This document shows, piece by piece, positions 10,484 through 20,544 of a stretch of 64,000 nucleotides of DNA. Position 1 is the stretch's first letter. Every line of letters starts with the position of its first letter. The notes under the pieces were generated by a model. That model had not been told where the DNA came from. It saw only the letters and a program-made list of their open reading frames with translations, and ran no database searches. Both the position numbers and the translations under genes were made by a program. The DNA is from Candidatus Saccharimonadales bacterium (GTDB lineage: Bacteria > Patescibacteriota > Saccharimonadia > Saccharimonadales > JANWIN01): positions 4,642 through 68,641 of the forward strand of contig JANWIN010000008.1 in NCBI GenBank assembly GCA_025449905.1. Direction: 5' to 3'.

Positions 10484-10684
10484 ATGAAGATTGTAGAAAT
10501 TCGTAAATTATCTACTGCCCAATTGACTACTGAGAGTACTAATTTACGTGAGGAAATTGCCGAAATGCGTCGCCGCTTACACCTGGGCGAACTGCAAAAT
10601 AACCGCGCCATTCGGGCTAAGCGCAAAGATTTAGCCCGAATGCTTACCGTTTTGAGTGAACAACTGACCAAGGAGACGGCGTAA
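10484..10684 (+). CDS. rpmC: 50S ribosomal protein L29
   Basis: Size, position, RKDLARMLT. Confidence 0.93.
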   Translation: MKIVEIRKLSTAQLTTESTNLREEIAEMRRRLHLGELQNNRAIRAKRKDLARMLTVLSEQLTKETA

Positions 10685-11088
10685 TGGCAAAAGTACTTGT
10701 AGGTGTCGTAGCGGCCGATAAAGCTGATAAGACTATTACTGTCAGCGTCAGAACTCGTCGAACACACCCGATTTACCGCAAACAGTACACTGTTTCTAAT
10801 AAGATTTTGGCTCATGACGAAAAGAACGAAGCTAAGCTTGGCGATAAAGTGTCACTTAAAGAAACTCGGCCAATTAGCAAGCGAAAGAGCTTTACTCTGG
10901 AAAAGATTATTGATCGCCCGGCAATTCGCGAGGATCAAAGTGTTAGTGAAGTTACTAAAGCCGATGATGAAGTGGTGGAAAAGCCCAAGGTAGAGAAAGT
11001 TGTAAAAGCCGCGGAGTCAAAAGCCGAAAAAGAGGCCAAGAGGCCTGCTAAAAAAGAGCCAGCCAAAAAGAGCGAGGAAGAAGAATGA
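10684..11088 (+). CDS. rpsQ: 30S ribosomal protein S17 with C-terminal extension
   Basis: [23 protein letters not shown]. Confidence 0.96.
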   Translation: MAKVLVGVVAADKADKTITVSVRTRRTHPIYRKQYTVSNKILAHDEKNEAKLGDKVSLKETRPISKRKSFTLEKIIDRPAIREDQSVSEVTKADDEVVEKPKVEKVVKAAESKAEKEAKRPAKKEPAKKSEEEE

Positions 11089-11453
11089 TACAACAAGAAT
11101 CACGACTAACCGTCTGCGATAACAGCGGTGCCAAAGAAATTTTGTGCATACGCGTGCTTGGCGGCACAAGGCGCCGTTATGCTGGCATTGGTGATGAAAT
11201 AGTAGCCAGTGTTAAAGATGCTAGCCCTTCTGGCATGGTCAAAAAGAAAGCTGTGGTTAAGGCTGTGGTAGTACGAACTAAGAATTCTATTAAGCGTCCG
11301 GATGGTTCAACCCTGAAGTTTGACGATAACGCGGCTGTGATTTTGGATGAAAATAAACTCCCTAAAGCCACCCGCATCTTTGGTCCAGTGCCAAGAGAAT
11401 TGCGTGAACGTGGTTATAAAAAGATTATTTCCCTAGCACCGGAGGTTCTGTAG
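11085..11453 (+). CDS. rplN: 50S ribosomal protein L14
   Basis: [22 protein letters not shown]. Confidence 0.99.
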   Translation: MIQQESRLTVCDNSGAKEILCIRVLGGTRRRYAGIGDEIVASVKDASPSGMVKKKAVVKAVVVRTKNSIKRPDGSTLKFDDNAAVILDENKLPKATRIFGPVPRELRERGYKKIISLAPEVL

Positions 11454-11782
11454 TGAGTACTCAAGTTTATAAAATACGCCTGAAAAAAGGTGACGAAGTG
11501 ATTGTGCGTCTGGGTAAAGACAAAGGCAAAACTGGTAAAGTCACGGCAACCCACCCACGTCTTAATAAAGTGACTGTGGAAGGTGTCAACATTGCTAAGA
11601 AGCACGTTAAGCCCAATAAAGCCTACCCACAAGGTGATATTGTTGAGATTACGCGCCCAATTTGGGTATCTAAAGTGTCTATTGTTGACCTTAGCAGTAA
11701 AAAAGCTACCAAGATTGGCTACAAACAAGTTAATGATAAAAAAGTTAGAGTTTATAAATCTTCAGGTAAGGAGATAAAGTAA
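11453..11782 (+). CDS. rplX: 50S ribosomal protein L24
   Basis: KKGDEV..GKDKGKTGKV KOW motif. Confidence 0.96.
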   Translation: MSTQVYKIRLKKGDEVIVRLGKDKGKTGKVTATHPRLNKVTVEGVNIAKKHVKPNKAYPQGDIVEITRPIWVSKVSIVDLSSKKATKIGYKQVNDKKVRVYKSSGKEIK

Positions 11783-12369
11783 TGGCTACCTTACAGAATC
11801 GATCAGCTCAATCACGCCTGAAGAGAAGCTTTAACGAAAGCTATAGAGCAGAGCTTTTGAAGGATTTAAGCCTGAAAAATATTAATGAAGTTCCGAGCCT
11901 AGAAAAAATTGTGGTTAACGTTGGCCTGGGACGGGGCAAGGATGACAAGAAACTTTTCGAGGCTGCTTCCACCACACTTAGTAAGATAACAGGCCAAAAA
12001 CCAATTGATACCATTGCTAAGAAATCAATTGCGGCTTTCAAATTACGTGAGGGCAATAAAGTTGGGCTTAAAGTCACGCTGCGCGGTGAGCGAATGTACG
12101 AGTTTCTAGACCGAGTTATAAATGTGGTTTTACCTCGCCTGCGTGACTTTCACGGTGTATCTATCAAAGCTTTTGATAAGCAGGGTAACTACAGTCTGGG
12201 CTTTACCGATCAATCGGTCTTTCCGGAACTTACTTTTGAAGAAACCACCACACCACATGGCTTACAAGTAATCTTAGTGATTAATGCTAAAGATCCACAG
12301 CACAGCCGGGCATTACTAACTAAACTTGGTCTACCTTTCGAGAAAACTCATAAAAAGGAGGAGTCTTAA
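11782..12369 (+). CDS. rplE: 50S ribosomal protein L5
   Basis: KIVVNVG, ITGQKP, FKLREG, LPRLRDFHG. Confidence 0.98.
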   Translation: MATLQNRSAQSRLKRSFNESYRAELLKDLSLKNINEVPSLEKIVVNVGLGRGKDDKKLFEAASTTLSKITGQKPIDTIAKKSIAAFKLREGNKVGLKVTLRGERMYEFLDRVINVVLPRLRDFHGVSIKAFDKQGNYSLGFTDQSVFPELTFEETTTPHGLQVILVINAKDPQHSRALLTKLGLPFEKTHKKEES

Positions 12370-12639
12370 ATGGCTAAAAAATCAAACTTAGCACGCGACC
12401 TAAAGCGTCAGAAGATGATTGTAAAATATGCTGCTAAGCGAGCTGAGCTTAAAGCTATGGGTGATCAAGAAGGTCTGCGTAAATTACCGCGCAATTCTTC
12501 ACCAACCCGCTGGAAGAATCGCTGCCAGGAAACTGGGCGACCTCACGCCTATATGCGCACTTTTGGACTTTCCAGAATTTCATTTCGCGAACACGCCAGT
12601 AAAGGAGAAATACCAGGCATAACTAAATCAAGCTGGTAG
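12370..12639 (+). CDS. rpsN: 30S ribosomal protein S14, 89-aa zinc-independent type
   Basis: [28 protein letters not shown]; only one Cys. Confidence 0.97.
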   Translation: MAKKSNLARDLKRQKMIVKYAAKRAELKAMGDQEGLRKLPRNSSPTRWKNRCQETGRPHAYMRTFGLSRISFREHASKGEIPGITKSSW

Positions 12640-12649
12640 AAAGGAAACT

Positions 12650-13051
12650 ATGACTACAACATCAACTGACCCCATCGCCGACATGCTATCGCGAATTCGT
12701 AATGCCATTGCAGTTAATCAGACCGAGATTAGCTTCCCGCACTCTAAAATCAAGGAGTCGGTAGCAAAGTTGCTACGCGACAATAATTTTGTTAGCAAGG
12801 TTGATGTAACTGACGAAGGAATAGGCAAGGCTCTGAAGCTAGTTATTAATGAGCAATCAACCAATGCTAACATCACTGAAATTAAGCGTTTGAGTAAGCC
12901 GGGTAGCCGCTTCTATGTTGGTGCCAGCGGCATACCAACAGTCAAACAGGGCCGCGGTATAGTCATTATTTCAACATCACAAGGTCTAATGACCGGCGGC
13001 GAGGCTAAACTTAAGGGTGTCGGCGGCGAGTTAATTTGCGAGGTTTATTAA
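12650..13051 (+). CDS. rpsH: 30S ribosomal protein S8
   Basis: DPIADMLSRIRNA, SKPG, STSQG, GGELIC. Confidence 0.98.
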   Translation: MTTTSTDPIADMLSRIRNAIAVNQTEISFPHSKIKESVAKLLRDNNFVSKVDVTDEGIGKALKLVINEQSTNANITEIKRLSKPGSRFYVGASGIPTVKQGRGIVIISTSQGLMTGGEAKLKGVGGELICEVY

Positions 13052-13052
13052 G

Positions 13053-13595
13053 ATGAGTCGAGTTGGCAAACAACCAATCAAAGTTCCCAGCGGCGTAAAT
13101 GCCGCAATTGATGGCTCTAATGTAACTGTTAGCGGCCCTCAAGGTAATTTGTCACTCAAAACCTTGCCAGGTATGGTTATCAAGCAAGACGGTGATGAGA
13201 TAATTGTAAGCCGTAGCAATGAAGAAACAATGTCCAGAGCCCGTCATGGCCTAACCCGAACGCTTATAGACAATATGGTAGTTGGCGTCAGCCAGGGTTT
13301 TAATAAAAAGTTAGAAGTTAACGGTGTTGGCTTTCGTGTAAATCTAGCTGGACAGGATCTTAAGCTTAGCTTGGGCTATTCCCATGAAATAACTTATAAG
13401 ATACCAGAGACTGTAAAATTAGCTGTTGACCAGAACATCATCACGATTAGCGGCATTGATAAACAGCAGGTTGGCCAAGTGGCAGCTGAAATTCGAGCAC
13501 TTAAAAAACCCGAGCCATATAAGGGCAAAGGTATTAAATATGTTAATGAGCGAATTATTAGAAAAGCCGGCAAAAGCGCTAAGGATAAAGCATAA
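13053..13595 (+). CDS. rplF: 50S ribosomal protein L6
   Basis: MSRVGKQPI, PEPYKGKGIKY. Confidence 0.98.
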   Translation: MSRVGKQPIKVPSGVNAAIDGSNVTVSGPQGNLSLKTLPGMVIKQDGDEIIVSRSNEETMSRARHGLTRTLIDNMVVGVSQGFNKKLEVNGVGFRVNLAGQDLKLSLGYSHEITYKIPETVKLAVDQNIITISGIDKQQVGQVAAEIRALKKPEPYKGKGIKYVNERIIRKAGKSAKDKA

Positions 13596-13708
13596 TGAGA
13601 ATTGAAGCTATAAGGGAAAAGAGAGCCCGAGAAAATGTATTTCATTGTTCCCGGCGTGATGAGAAAAACCGTAGGTTTGTCTCATGGAACTCTAAGGATA
13701 AGGCGTAA
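13595..13708 (+). CDS. 37-aa repeat-derived mini-ORF between rplF and rplR
   Basis: MRIEAIREKRARENVFHCSRRDEKNRRFVSWNSKDKA*; TAATG overlaps at both ends. Confidence 0.5.
   Translation: MRIEAIREKRARENVFHCSRRDEKNRRFVSWNSKDKA
13611..13690 (+). repeat. Dispersed ~90-bp structured repeat (family B), diverged copy
   Basis: TAAGG(G)AAAAGAG..GCCC..AAATGTATTTCATT..GAGAAAAACCGTAGGTTTGTCTC; related to 30123-30212(-) and 45064-45152(+). Confidence 0.8.
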
Positions 13709-14064
13709 TGAATAGACTAGCCGCCACGACCGGTCGAAGACAGGCCCGTAGCCGCCGTACTAGAGCTGTAGTTCGAGGTACTTCCGAACGGCCCCGACTC
13801 AATGTATTTATTAGCCAGCGGCATATCACTGCCCAGATAATTGATGACAGCAAGCATCAAACATTGGCTTATGTCACAACCGTTAGCCAAAAGTCCTTAC
13901 CGACTAACCTTACTGAGCGAGCCAACTGGGCTGGAGATGAAATAGCCAAGCTGGCAAAAACCGCTAAGGTAAAAAAAGTGGTTTTAGATCGCAGCAACCG
14001 CCTGTATCATGGGCGAGTAAAGGCTTTGGCAGAGGCAGCCCGCAAGTCAGGATTGGAGTTTTAA
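13708..14064 (+). CDS. rplR: 50S ribosomal protein L18
   Basis: RPRLNVF, AQIIDD, YHGRVKALAEAAR..GLEF. Confidence 0.97.
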   Translation: MNRLAATTGRRQARSRRTRAVVRGTSERPRLNVFISQRHITAQIIDDSKHQTLAYVTTVSQKSLPTNLTERANWAGDEIAKLAKTAKVKKVVLDRSNRLYHGRVKALAEAARKSGLEF

Positions 14065-14624
14065 TGGCCAACAATTTTAAAAACCGAGTTGATCGAGCCG
14101 TCAATATAACTGAAGAAAAGCAATTTGATGAGCGCGTTCTTAATATTGACCGTGTAGCTCGCGTGGTTAAAGGCGGCCGCCGTTTCCGTTTTCGTGCTCT
14201 AGTAGTAATGGGCGATAATAAAAGCAGAGTCGGCATTGGTTCGGCCAAAGGCGCAGATGTCACAGGTGCCATTAATAAGGCTACCGAAGTAGCTAAAAAG
14301 AATATGGTCACACTGCAGCTTTATAGAGAAACCCTGCCTCACGAGACCGAGGCGAAGGTTGCCGGCGCTCATATTTTGATAAAGCCAGCTAGCCCAGGTA
14401 CCGGTTTAATTGCCGGTGGCGCGGTCCGTACTATCTTAGAAGTAGCCGGTGTGCGCAATGCATTATCTAAATCGTTAGGCTCTAGCAATAAAACCAATAT
14501 TGCCTACGCTACGGTTAAGGCCCTAACACAACTGGTACCAGCTAATAAGTGGGTAATTCAGCCAAAGTCGAAGAAGACTTCTACGCCTGTCAAAAAAACT
14601 GCAAAAGAGGCGGTTGCCAAATGA
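14064..14624 (+). CDS. rpsE: 30S ribosomal protein S5
   Basis: RVARVVKGGRRFRF, PASPGTGLIAGG. Confidence 0.98.
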   Translation: MANNFKNRVDRAVNITEEKQFDERVLNIDRVARVVKGGRRFRFRALVVMGDNKSRVGIGSAKGADVTGAINKATEVAKKNMVTLQLYRETLPHETEAKVAGAHILIKPASPGTGLIAGGAVRTILEVAGVRNALSKSLGSSNKTNIAYATVKALTQLVPANKWVIQPKSKKTSTPVKKTAKEAVAK

Positions 14625-15097
14625 AATACAATACTTTGAAGGTAACTAAAAAAGGTTCGCTCAAAAGAGTTGGGCGCGGTATTGCTGCCGGACAGGGTAA
14701 AACAGCCGGTCGTGGCACCAAAGGCCAAAAATCTCGAGCTGGTGCTACTCGCAAGCTTGGTTTTGAAGGCGGCCAAAATCCGCTAATTCAGCGCTTACCG
14801 AAGCTTAGAGGCTTCAACAGACCCGATAGAAATCAAAGTAATGTTTATACCGACCAACTAGAAAAGATTAAATCTGCAATTGTTGATAATGCCGCTCTTG
14901 TTGAAGCCGGACTGATAGATAACGCCCACACGACAGTAAAACTCATTCAGCGGGGAGAACTTAAAAAGAAGCAAACCGTTAACCTCCAAGCCGCCAGCAA
15001 GGGCGCAATTGCTCAAATTGAAAAGGCCGGCGGTAAATTTACTGCAACGCCGCGAGTTGGACGAACAGCTAAGAAAAGCGCCAAAAAGGACAAATAG
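14621..15097 (+). CDS. rplO: 50S ribosomal protein L15
   Basis: RVGRGIAAGQGKTAGRGTKGQKSR, FEGGQNP; ATGA overlap with rpsE (no rpmD). Confidence 0.97.
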   Translation: MKYNTLKVTKKGSLKRVGRGIAAGQGKTAGRGTKGQKSRAGATRKLGFEGGQNPLIQRLPKLRGFNRPDRNQSNVYTDQLEKIKSAIVDNAALVEAGLIDNAHTTVKLIQRGELKKKQTVNLQAASKGAIAQIEKAGGKFTATPRVGRTAKKSAKKDK

Positions 15098-15099
15098 CG

Positions 15100-16551
15100 A
15101 TGACCTGGAGGGTAATCTGGCAATCACTAAAAACTAAGGACATGCAAAAGCGTATTTTTGCGGTTTTGGGCATGATTTTAGCTTTTAGAATCCTAGCACA
15201 CATACCTGTTCCACTAACCGATAATCCGCAAACTTTGCAGCAAGTCCTAAGCAACATATTTCATTCGCAAAATACCCCGGGACTCTTGAGTTTTATTAAC
15301 GTCCTGTCCGGCGGCGCACTGGCTAAATTTTCTATTGTTCTAGCGGGGCTGGGCCCATATATTAACGCCTCGATTATTATGCAGCTTTTGACGCGTGCTA
15401 TACCTAAGCTTGAAGCCCTGAATAAAGAGGGCGAATACGGCCGCAAGAAGATTAATCAATATACCCGCCTGCTGACCTTTCCGCTAGCCATCATTCAATC
15501 AGTTGGCTCGCTTTACCTAATACGCCAAACAGCCGCCAGCATTGGCGGTCTTAGTGATATTACCGCCCATACCTCGCTATCCCAGTGGATACTAATGGTC
15601 GCTGCTATGACCGGCGGCTCGATGATTTTGATGTGGCTTGGAGAACTGATTACCGAAAAGGGCATAGGTAATGGTATATCGCTAATTATTACTATTGGCA
15701 TTGTAAGTAGTCTGCCTAGCACCATCGCTAACCTGGTTGACGGGCCGGTGGGTGGAAACACGATTTTATTCGCGGCGCTGGTAATTTTATCAATCACAAT
15801 TATAACTATGCTGGTGGTAAAGCTAAATGAAGCCTCCCGAAAGATAACGGTCAATTACGCGAAACGGGTGCAAGGCAACAGAAGTTATGGTGGCGTGACC
15901 ACCGTATTACCAATCAAACTTATAACGGCAGGAGTGATTCCCATAATCTTTGCCGTAGCCTTTTTAAGTGTACCTAGCTTTGCCGGTCAGCTAATGGTCG
16001 GCTCGTCCAGTGAGCGTTTGCAACATATTGGCGCTAAATTAGTTGATATCTTTCAAAATCCGACGCAAGGCTCACTACAGGCCGGTGGTTTTAAGCCATT
16101 TATCTACCCGCTGGTTTATTTCATTATGGTCTTTGTCTTTACCTTCTTCTATACCAGTATCGCATTTAATGCCAAAGAAATAGCCGAAAACCTGCAAAAA
16201 CAAGGTGGATTTATTGCTGATGTTAGGAGCGGCAAGCAGACCGAAAAGTACCTTAGTAAGATAGTTAACCGTTTGACCTTATTTGGGGCTTTCAGCTTGG
16301 GCATGCTGGCACTGTTGCCGTTAATTGCCCAAATGTTCTTAAAAGCCAATGTGACCATTGGTGGAACCAGTATTCTTATCTTGGTATCGGTAGCGCTGGA
16401 AACACTTCGCCAGATTGAATCCAGGGCTTTAATGGTAACTTATGACCGATACAGCCAACCCGATTTCTTTTATGAGGGTGACGCTGTGGCTGCTCAACAC
16501 CTAAGACTTGGCAAAAGATTCAACAAACTACGCAGCAAAAAGCAGAAATAA
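15100..16551 (+). CDS. secY: Preprotein translocase SecY
   Basis: LGPYINASII, WLGELITEKGIGNGISL, AGVIPIIFA, GGTSILI. Confidence 0.98.
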   Translation: MTWRVIWQSLKTKDMQKRIFAVLGMILAFRILAHIPVPLTDNPQTLQQVLSNIFHSQNTPGLLSFINVLSGGALAKFSIVLAGLGPYINASIIMQLLTRAIPKLEALNKEGEYGRKKINQYTRLLTFPLAIIQSVGSLYLIRQTAASIGGLSDITAHTSLSQWILMVAAMTGGSMILMWLGELITEKGIGNGISLIITIGIVSSLPSTIANLVDGPVGGNTILFAALVILSITIITMLVVKLNEASRKITVNYAKRVQGNRSYGGVTTVLPIKLITAGVIPIIFAVAFLSVPSFAGQLMVGSSSERLQHIGAKLVDIFQNPTQGSLQAGGFKPFIYPLVYFIMVFVFTFFYTSIAFNAKEIAENLQKQGGFIADVRSGKQTEKYLSKIVNRLTLFGAFSLGMLALLPLIAQMFLKANVTIGGTSILILVSVALETLRQIESRALMVTYDRYSQPDFFYEGDAVAAQHLRLGKRFNKLRSKKQK

Positions 16552-16554
16552 CAC

Positions 16555-16583
16555 TTTACAACAGATAGAGCGTTTGTTATACT
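16555..16583 (+). promoter_or_regulatory. Sigma70-type promoter for infA and the alpha cluster
   Basis: TTTACA-17-TATACT with TG extension. Confidence 0.65.
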
Positions 16584-16602
16584 TACGTGTCGTTATCTAT
16601 TT

Positions 16603-16824
16603 ATGGCTAGTAGTAAGGAAGTAATCGAGCTAACAGGGACAATCACCGAGACTCTTCCGGGAACTCAGTTTCGTGTTGAGCTCGAAAATGGCCATCAAAT
16701 AATAGCTCATGTTGCCGGTAAGATGAGGAAACACTTCATCCGCATAGTACCGGGCGACAGCGTGACGGTTGAGTTGACCCCTTATGATCTTTCTAAGGGA
16801 AGAATCACCTATCGCAAAACCTGA
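16603..16824 (+). CDS. infA: Translation initiation factor IF-1
   Basis: [32 protein letters not shown]. Confidence 0.98.
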   Translation: MASSKEVIELTGTITETLPGTQFRVELENGHQIIAHVAGKMRKHFIRIVPGDSVTVELTPYDLSKGRITYRKT

Positions 16825-16899
16825 ATAATCAGGAATATTAACTAAAGCAGTGTGCCCAGCCCTTCAAGAAGAGCTGGGTCCGTACAAAGGATTTCTTTA

Positions 16900-17016
16900 G
16901 TGAAAGTACGTGCTAGTGTCAAAAAAATTAGTCCCGATGACAAAATTGTCCGCCGTAAGGGCCGTCTTTATGTTGTTAACAAGCAAAAACCTAAGCACAA
17001 GCAAAGGCAAGGTTAA
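16900..17016 (+). CDS. rpmJ: 50S ribosomal protein L36, Cys-free type (not in ORF track)
   Basis: GTG start; [38 protein letters not shown]. Confidence 0.97.
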   Translation: MKVRASVKKISPDDKIVRRKGRLYVVNKQKPKHKQRQG

Positions 17017-17019
17017 TTC

Positions 17020-17406
17020 ATGGCCCGAATTTCTGGCGTAACCATTCCGGCCGAAAAGCAAGTCCATGTGGCCTTAACCTATATTTATGGCATTGGCCCC
17101 AAAACCAGTCAGGATGTTTTAGCTAAAGCTAAGATTGCCCCTGAAGTAAGGGTTAAAAACCTGACAGATGACGAAATTTCGCGAATTCAGGATGTTATAA
17201 GCGCCGATATCGAGGTTGAAGGCGACTTGCAGCGCCGCGTAACCGGCAATATCAAGCGACTCAAAGATATTAATGCTTACCGTGGCCTTAGACACAAGGC
17301 TAACTTACCGGCTCGTGGCCAACGCACCAGAACTAATGCTCGCACCAAGCGTGGTAAGAAAATAACCGTTGGCGGAACAGCTAAGAAAGTAGCGGCTAAG
17401 ACCTAA
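17020..17406 (+). CDS. rpsM: 30S ribosomal protein S13
   Basis: MARISG, LTYIYGIG, RGQRTRTNART. Confidence 0.98.
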   Translation: MARISGVTIPAEKQVHVALTYIYGIGPKTSQDVLAKAKIAPEVRVKNLTDDEISRIQDVISADIEVEGDLQRRVTGNIKRLKDINAYRGLRHKANLPARGQRTRTNARTKRGKKITVGGTAKKVAAKT

Positions 17407-17414
17407 GGCTTATT

Positions 17415-17876
17415 ATGGCAGACGATAAATCTACCGCAGTTGAAGATGTAGAAAAGACCGATGCCCCAGCGGATGCTGAGGCTCCGGAAAAAGAAGCTGC
17501 GCCTCGCAAGAAAAAATCCAAGCGCAGTGTGCCGATTGGTCAAGTCCACATTTTAGCTACTTTTAATAATACAATTGTGACTTTTACCGACCAAAAAGGT
17601 GGAGTTTTAACTACCGCTAGCGCTGGTAGCTGCGGCTTTCGCGGTTCTAAAAAAGGCACAGCTTACGCTGCTCAGACAGCCGCTGAAAAGGCCGGCCAAC
17701 TGGCTAAGCAACAACACAGCTTTAGCAAAGCCGATGTTTATGTCAAAGGCATTGGCCTTGGCCGAGAGTCTGCTATTCGCACCTTATCAACTCTAGGGAT
17801 CAATGTAGACACTATTCGCGATGTAACCGGCATTCCGAACGGCGGCGTTAGACCGCGGAAGGCAAGGAGAGTCTAA
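17415..17876 (+). CDS. rpsK: 30S ribosomal protein S11 with N-terminal extension
   Basis: ATFNNTIVT, GFRGSKKGT, GRESAIR. Confidence 0.97.
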   Translation: MADDKSTAVEDVEKTDAPADAEAPEKEAAPRKKKSKRSVPIGQVHILATFNNTIVTFTDQKGGVLTTASAGSCGFRGSKKGTAYAAQTAAEKAGQLAKQQHSFSKADVYVKGIGLGRESAIRTLSTLGINVDTIRDVTGIPNGGVRPRKARRV

Positions 17877-18502
17877 TGGCCCGCGACACAGCATCAATTG
17901 TTAAACGTTCTAGGCGAGAGGGCTATGCCCTTCACCCCAAAGCCCACAAAGCCCTAATTAAGCGCACCGGCCCACCAGGCCAACAGGCTGGCGGTCGCCG
18001 CGGCGGACGGATTAAGTCCAGCCAGTATTCACTGCAATTACGTGAAAAGCAGAAGGTTAAGCGCCTTTACGGTCTGCTAGAACGTCAATTTAGCAAATTA
18101 ATGGTTGAAGCCAGCCGTAGCAAAGGCCGCAGTGGCGAAGTCTTGCTGCAAATGCTGGAACGACGCTTAGATAACGTGGTTTACCGCAGTGGATTTGCTG
18201 TCAGCCGCCAAGCCGCCCGACAATTAGTGACTCACGGTCACTTTACACTTAACGGCCGCCGTGTTGACATCCCATCCATCCGAGTTGACATAAAAGATGA
18301 GATTGCAGTTCGCGCTCGAAGCTTAAAAACTGAATATTTCAAGAAAATTGATGAAGTTAGCCCCGCCAGCCCTAATGATCTGGCCGATTGGTTAAAAGTG
18401 GAACGTAAGAAATTTAATGTCACGGTTATCGGACTGCCCTCACGCGAAGCGGCCGAACCAGATATTAATGAACAATTAATAGTAGAATACTACTCGCGTT
18501 AA
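17876..18502 (+). CDS. rpsD: 30S ribosomal protein S4
   Basis: QLREKQKVK, LERRLDNVVYR, INEQLIVEYYSR. Confidence 0.98.
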   Translation: MARDTASIVKRSRREGYALHPKAHKALIKRTGPPGQQAGGRRGGRIKSSQYSLQLREKQKVKRLYGLLERQFSKLMVEASRSKGRSGEVLLQMLERRLDNVVYRSGFAVSRQAARQLVTHGHFTLNGRRVDIPSIRVDIKDEIAVRARSLKTEYFKKIDEVSPASPNDLADWLKVERKKFNVTVIGLPSREAAEPDINEQLIVEYYSR

Positions 18503-18519
18503 AGGAGGCAAGAGTAAAT

Positions 18520-19452
18520 ATGAGCAAAGTAATTCACACCCCGGGACTGGTCAACATCAAGGACCACTCACCGATTAGCGCGACCTTTACGGTTGAGCCA
18601 CTGCACACTGGCTATGGCATGACACTCGGTAACTCCTTGCGACGTGTTTTGCTGTCCAGCATTGCCGGCGCGGCTATCACTGCGTTTAAGATTGAGGGTA
18701 TTACCCACGAGTTCACTTCGCTACCGGGAGTTAAAGAAGATGTTGTTGACGTTATGCTAAATCTTAAGAGTGTACGTTTTCGCTTGTTTAGTGCCGAGCC
18801 GCAAACTCTGCGCTTAACCAAAAGTGGCAAGGGGGTGGTTACCGCCGGAGATATTACGCTTAACGCCGATGTGGAAGTAGTAAATCCTAAACAGGTTATT
18901 GCTACTTTGGATGATTCTAAAGCCAAGTTGGTGGTTGATGTAGTTGTCGAGACCGGTCGTGGTTACCGCACAATTGACGATAGCTCCAGCAGCAAAGCCA
19001 GCGACATGGTGGCCATTGATGCCGTCTTTAGTCCAGTTAATCGAGTGCGTTACAAGGTAGAAAACACTCGTGTTGGCCAAATGACAGACCTCGACAAGCT
19101 GTTAATTACCATAGATACAGATGGCACGTTAACACCGCGGGAAGCTTTTGAAGAAGCTTCAGCTATTTTAGTTAACCAATACACGGCTCTCGCAGGCCAA
19201 ACCCGCGTTGAAACTACTGAACCTTTAACTAATGAGGGCGCGGCTGGCGATAATGACGAACCGCCGGAGTTAATGACACCAATTGAAGACCTTAACCTGT
19301 CAGCTCGTACCACAAACGCCTTAGTGAATAATGAAATTCACACTTTGAAAGACTTGTTTAGCCTAAGCGACGCTGAACTAAAAGACCTCAAAGGTTTTGG
19401 CAGTAAAGCTCTGGATGAAGTTAAAGAAAAGCTAGCGGAGTTGGAGCTATAA
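18520..19452 (+). CDS. rpoA: RNA polymerase alpha subunit
   Basis: GYGMTLGNSLRRVLLSS, HEF, alpha-CTD LSARTTNAL..GFGSKAL. Confidence 0.99.
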   Translation: MSKVIHTPGLVNIKDHSPISATFTVEPLHTGYGMTLGNSLRRVLLSSIAGAAITAFKIEGITHEFTSLPGVKEDVVDVMLNLKSVRFRLFSAEPQTLRLTKSGKGVVTAGDITLNADVEVVNPKQVIATLDDSKAKLVVDVVVETGRGYRTIDDSSSSKASDMVAIDAVFSPVNRVRYKVENTRVGQMTDLDKLLITIDTDGTLTPREAFEEASAILVNQYTALAGQTRVETTEPLTNEGAAGDNDEPPELMTPIEDLNLSARTTNALVNNEIHTLKDLFSLSDAELKDLKGFGSKALDEVKEKLAELEL

Positions 19453-19453
19453 G

Positions 19454-19933
19454 ATGCATCGGCACGGATACAGCGGTCGAAAATTTGGACGAGAGACGGA
19501 TCAACGCCGAGCTTTGATTAAAAGCTTAGCCGAGGCGTTGATTATCAACGAGTCCATTGAGACCACCTTGCCAAAGGCCAAAGAGTTAGTGCCTTACATG
19601 GAAAAACTGATAACTAAAGCTAAGAAAGGCCAGCTCGCACAGCGCCGTCAGGTGGTTGTGGGCCTGCAAACTGTTTCCAGTGCTCACAAGCTGGTTGATG
19701 AGATTGCGCCCAAACTCAAAGGCCGGACTAGCGGACACTTAACTATTGAAAAAACGACGTTACGCCGAGGTGACTTGGCACAACTAGCCAGAGTTAGCTT
19801 TGTTGATGATTTAAAGGCTCAGTCGGCTAAAGTATCACCAGAAAATAAGACTCAAGTTGAAAAGCCTAAAGCTAACGTCAAGGCTCCGGTCAAAAAGACA
19901 TCAGCAAAGCCTAAAGTGGAGGCCAAGAAATGA
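19454..19933 (+). CDS. rplQ: 50S ribosomal protein L17 with C-terminal extension
   Basis: IETTLPKAKEL, EKLITKAK, RRGD. Confidence 0.96.
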   Translation: MHRHGYSGRKFGRETDQRRALIKSLAEALIINESIETTLPKAKELVPYMEKLITKAKKGQLAQRRQVVVGLQTVSSAHKLVDEIAPKLKGRTSGHLTIEKTTLRRGDLAQLARVSFVDDLKAQSAKVSPENKTQVEKPKANVKAPVKKTSAKPKVEAKK

Positions 19934-20370
19934 AGACTTTTAGCCTAAAACCAGCCGATGTGAAGCGCAGGTGGTATGAACTTGATGCCGCGGAAACAAC
20001 CCTTGGTCGCTTGTCGGTCGGCGCAGCCAAATTGCTAATTGGCAAATCAAAACCGGAGTATTCACCGCACGTAGATAACGGCGACTACGTAGTTATAACG
20101 AACGCCGCTAAGCTTAAAGTTACTAGCGATAAGCTGCTCAAAAAAACTTATTACCGACACAGCGGCTACCCTGGTAACTTGCGAAGCAAAACCTTAGCTG
20201 AAAAAATGGATGAATCACCTAGTGAAGTTGTTAGACTAGCTATTCGCGGCATGCTGCCAGTAAATAAGCTTCGCGATGGAAGGCTTGCCCGGCTTAAGAT
20301 CTACGACGGTCCAGAGCATGAAAACACTGCTCAAAAGCCTGAAAAGATTACTATCAAGGAGCTCAAATGA
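19930..20370 (+). CDS. rplM: 50S ribosomal protein L13
   Basis: LGRL, GDYVVITNA, YYRHSGYPG, RGMLP. Confidence 0.98.
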   Translation: MKTFSLKPADVKRRWYELDAAETTLGRLSVGAAKLLIGKSKPEYSPHVDNGDYVVITNAAKLKVTSDKLLKKTYYRHSGYPGNLRSKTLAEKMDESPSEVVRLAIRGMLPVNKLRDGRLARLKIYDGPEHENTAQKPEKITIKELK

Positions 20371-20543
20371 CTCAGACACTTTTTCGCTTAGATGAGTACA
20401 AGGAAATACTGAAGCACGCAGCGAAGCGTGCGAAGTGGTACGCAGAACGAGTACTGGAAGTAATTGACGCAGTAATCACTAAGAGCATTCAAGTTGCTGC
20501 CCGCTTTGCTGGTGGACAGTTGAATGCGGCGAGGAGAGTCTGA
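20367..20543 (+). repeat. ~170-bp palindromic element (family A) that is also a 58-aa open frame
   Basis: Terminal IR CAGACACTTTTTCGC/GCGAGGAGAGTCTG; frame MTQTLFRLDEYKEILKH...NAARRV*; related to 46399-46566. Confidence 0.7.
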
Positions 20544-20544
20544 A

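Noticed and set aside
16856..16879. Hairpin CCCAGC/GCTGGG between infA and rpmJ as a regulatory RNA
   Set aside because: Single short hairpin with no second copy or recognisable motif
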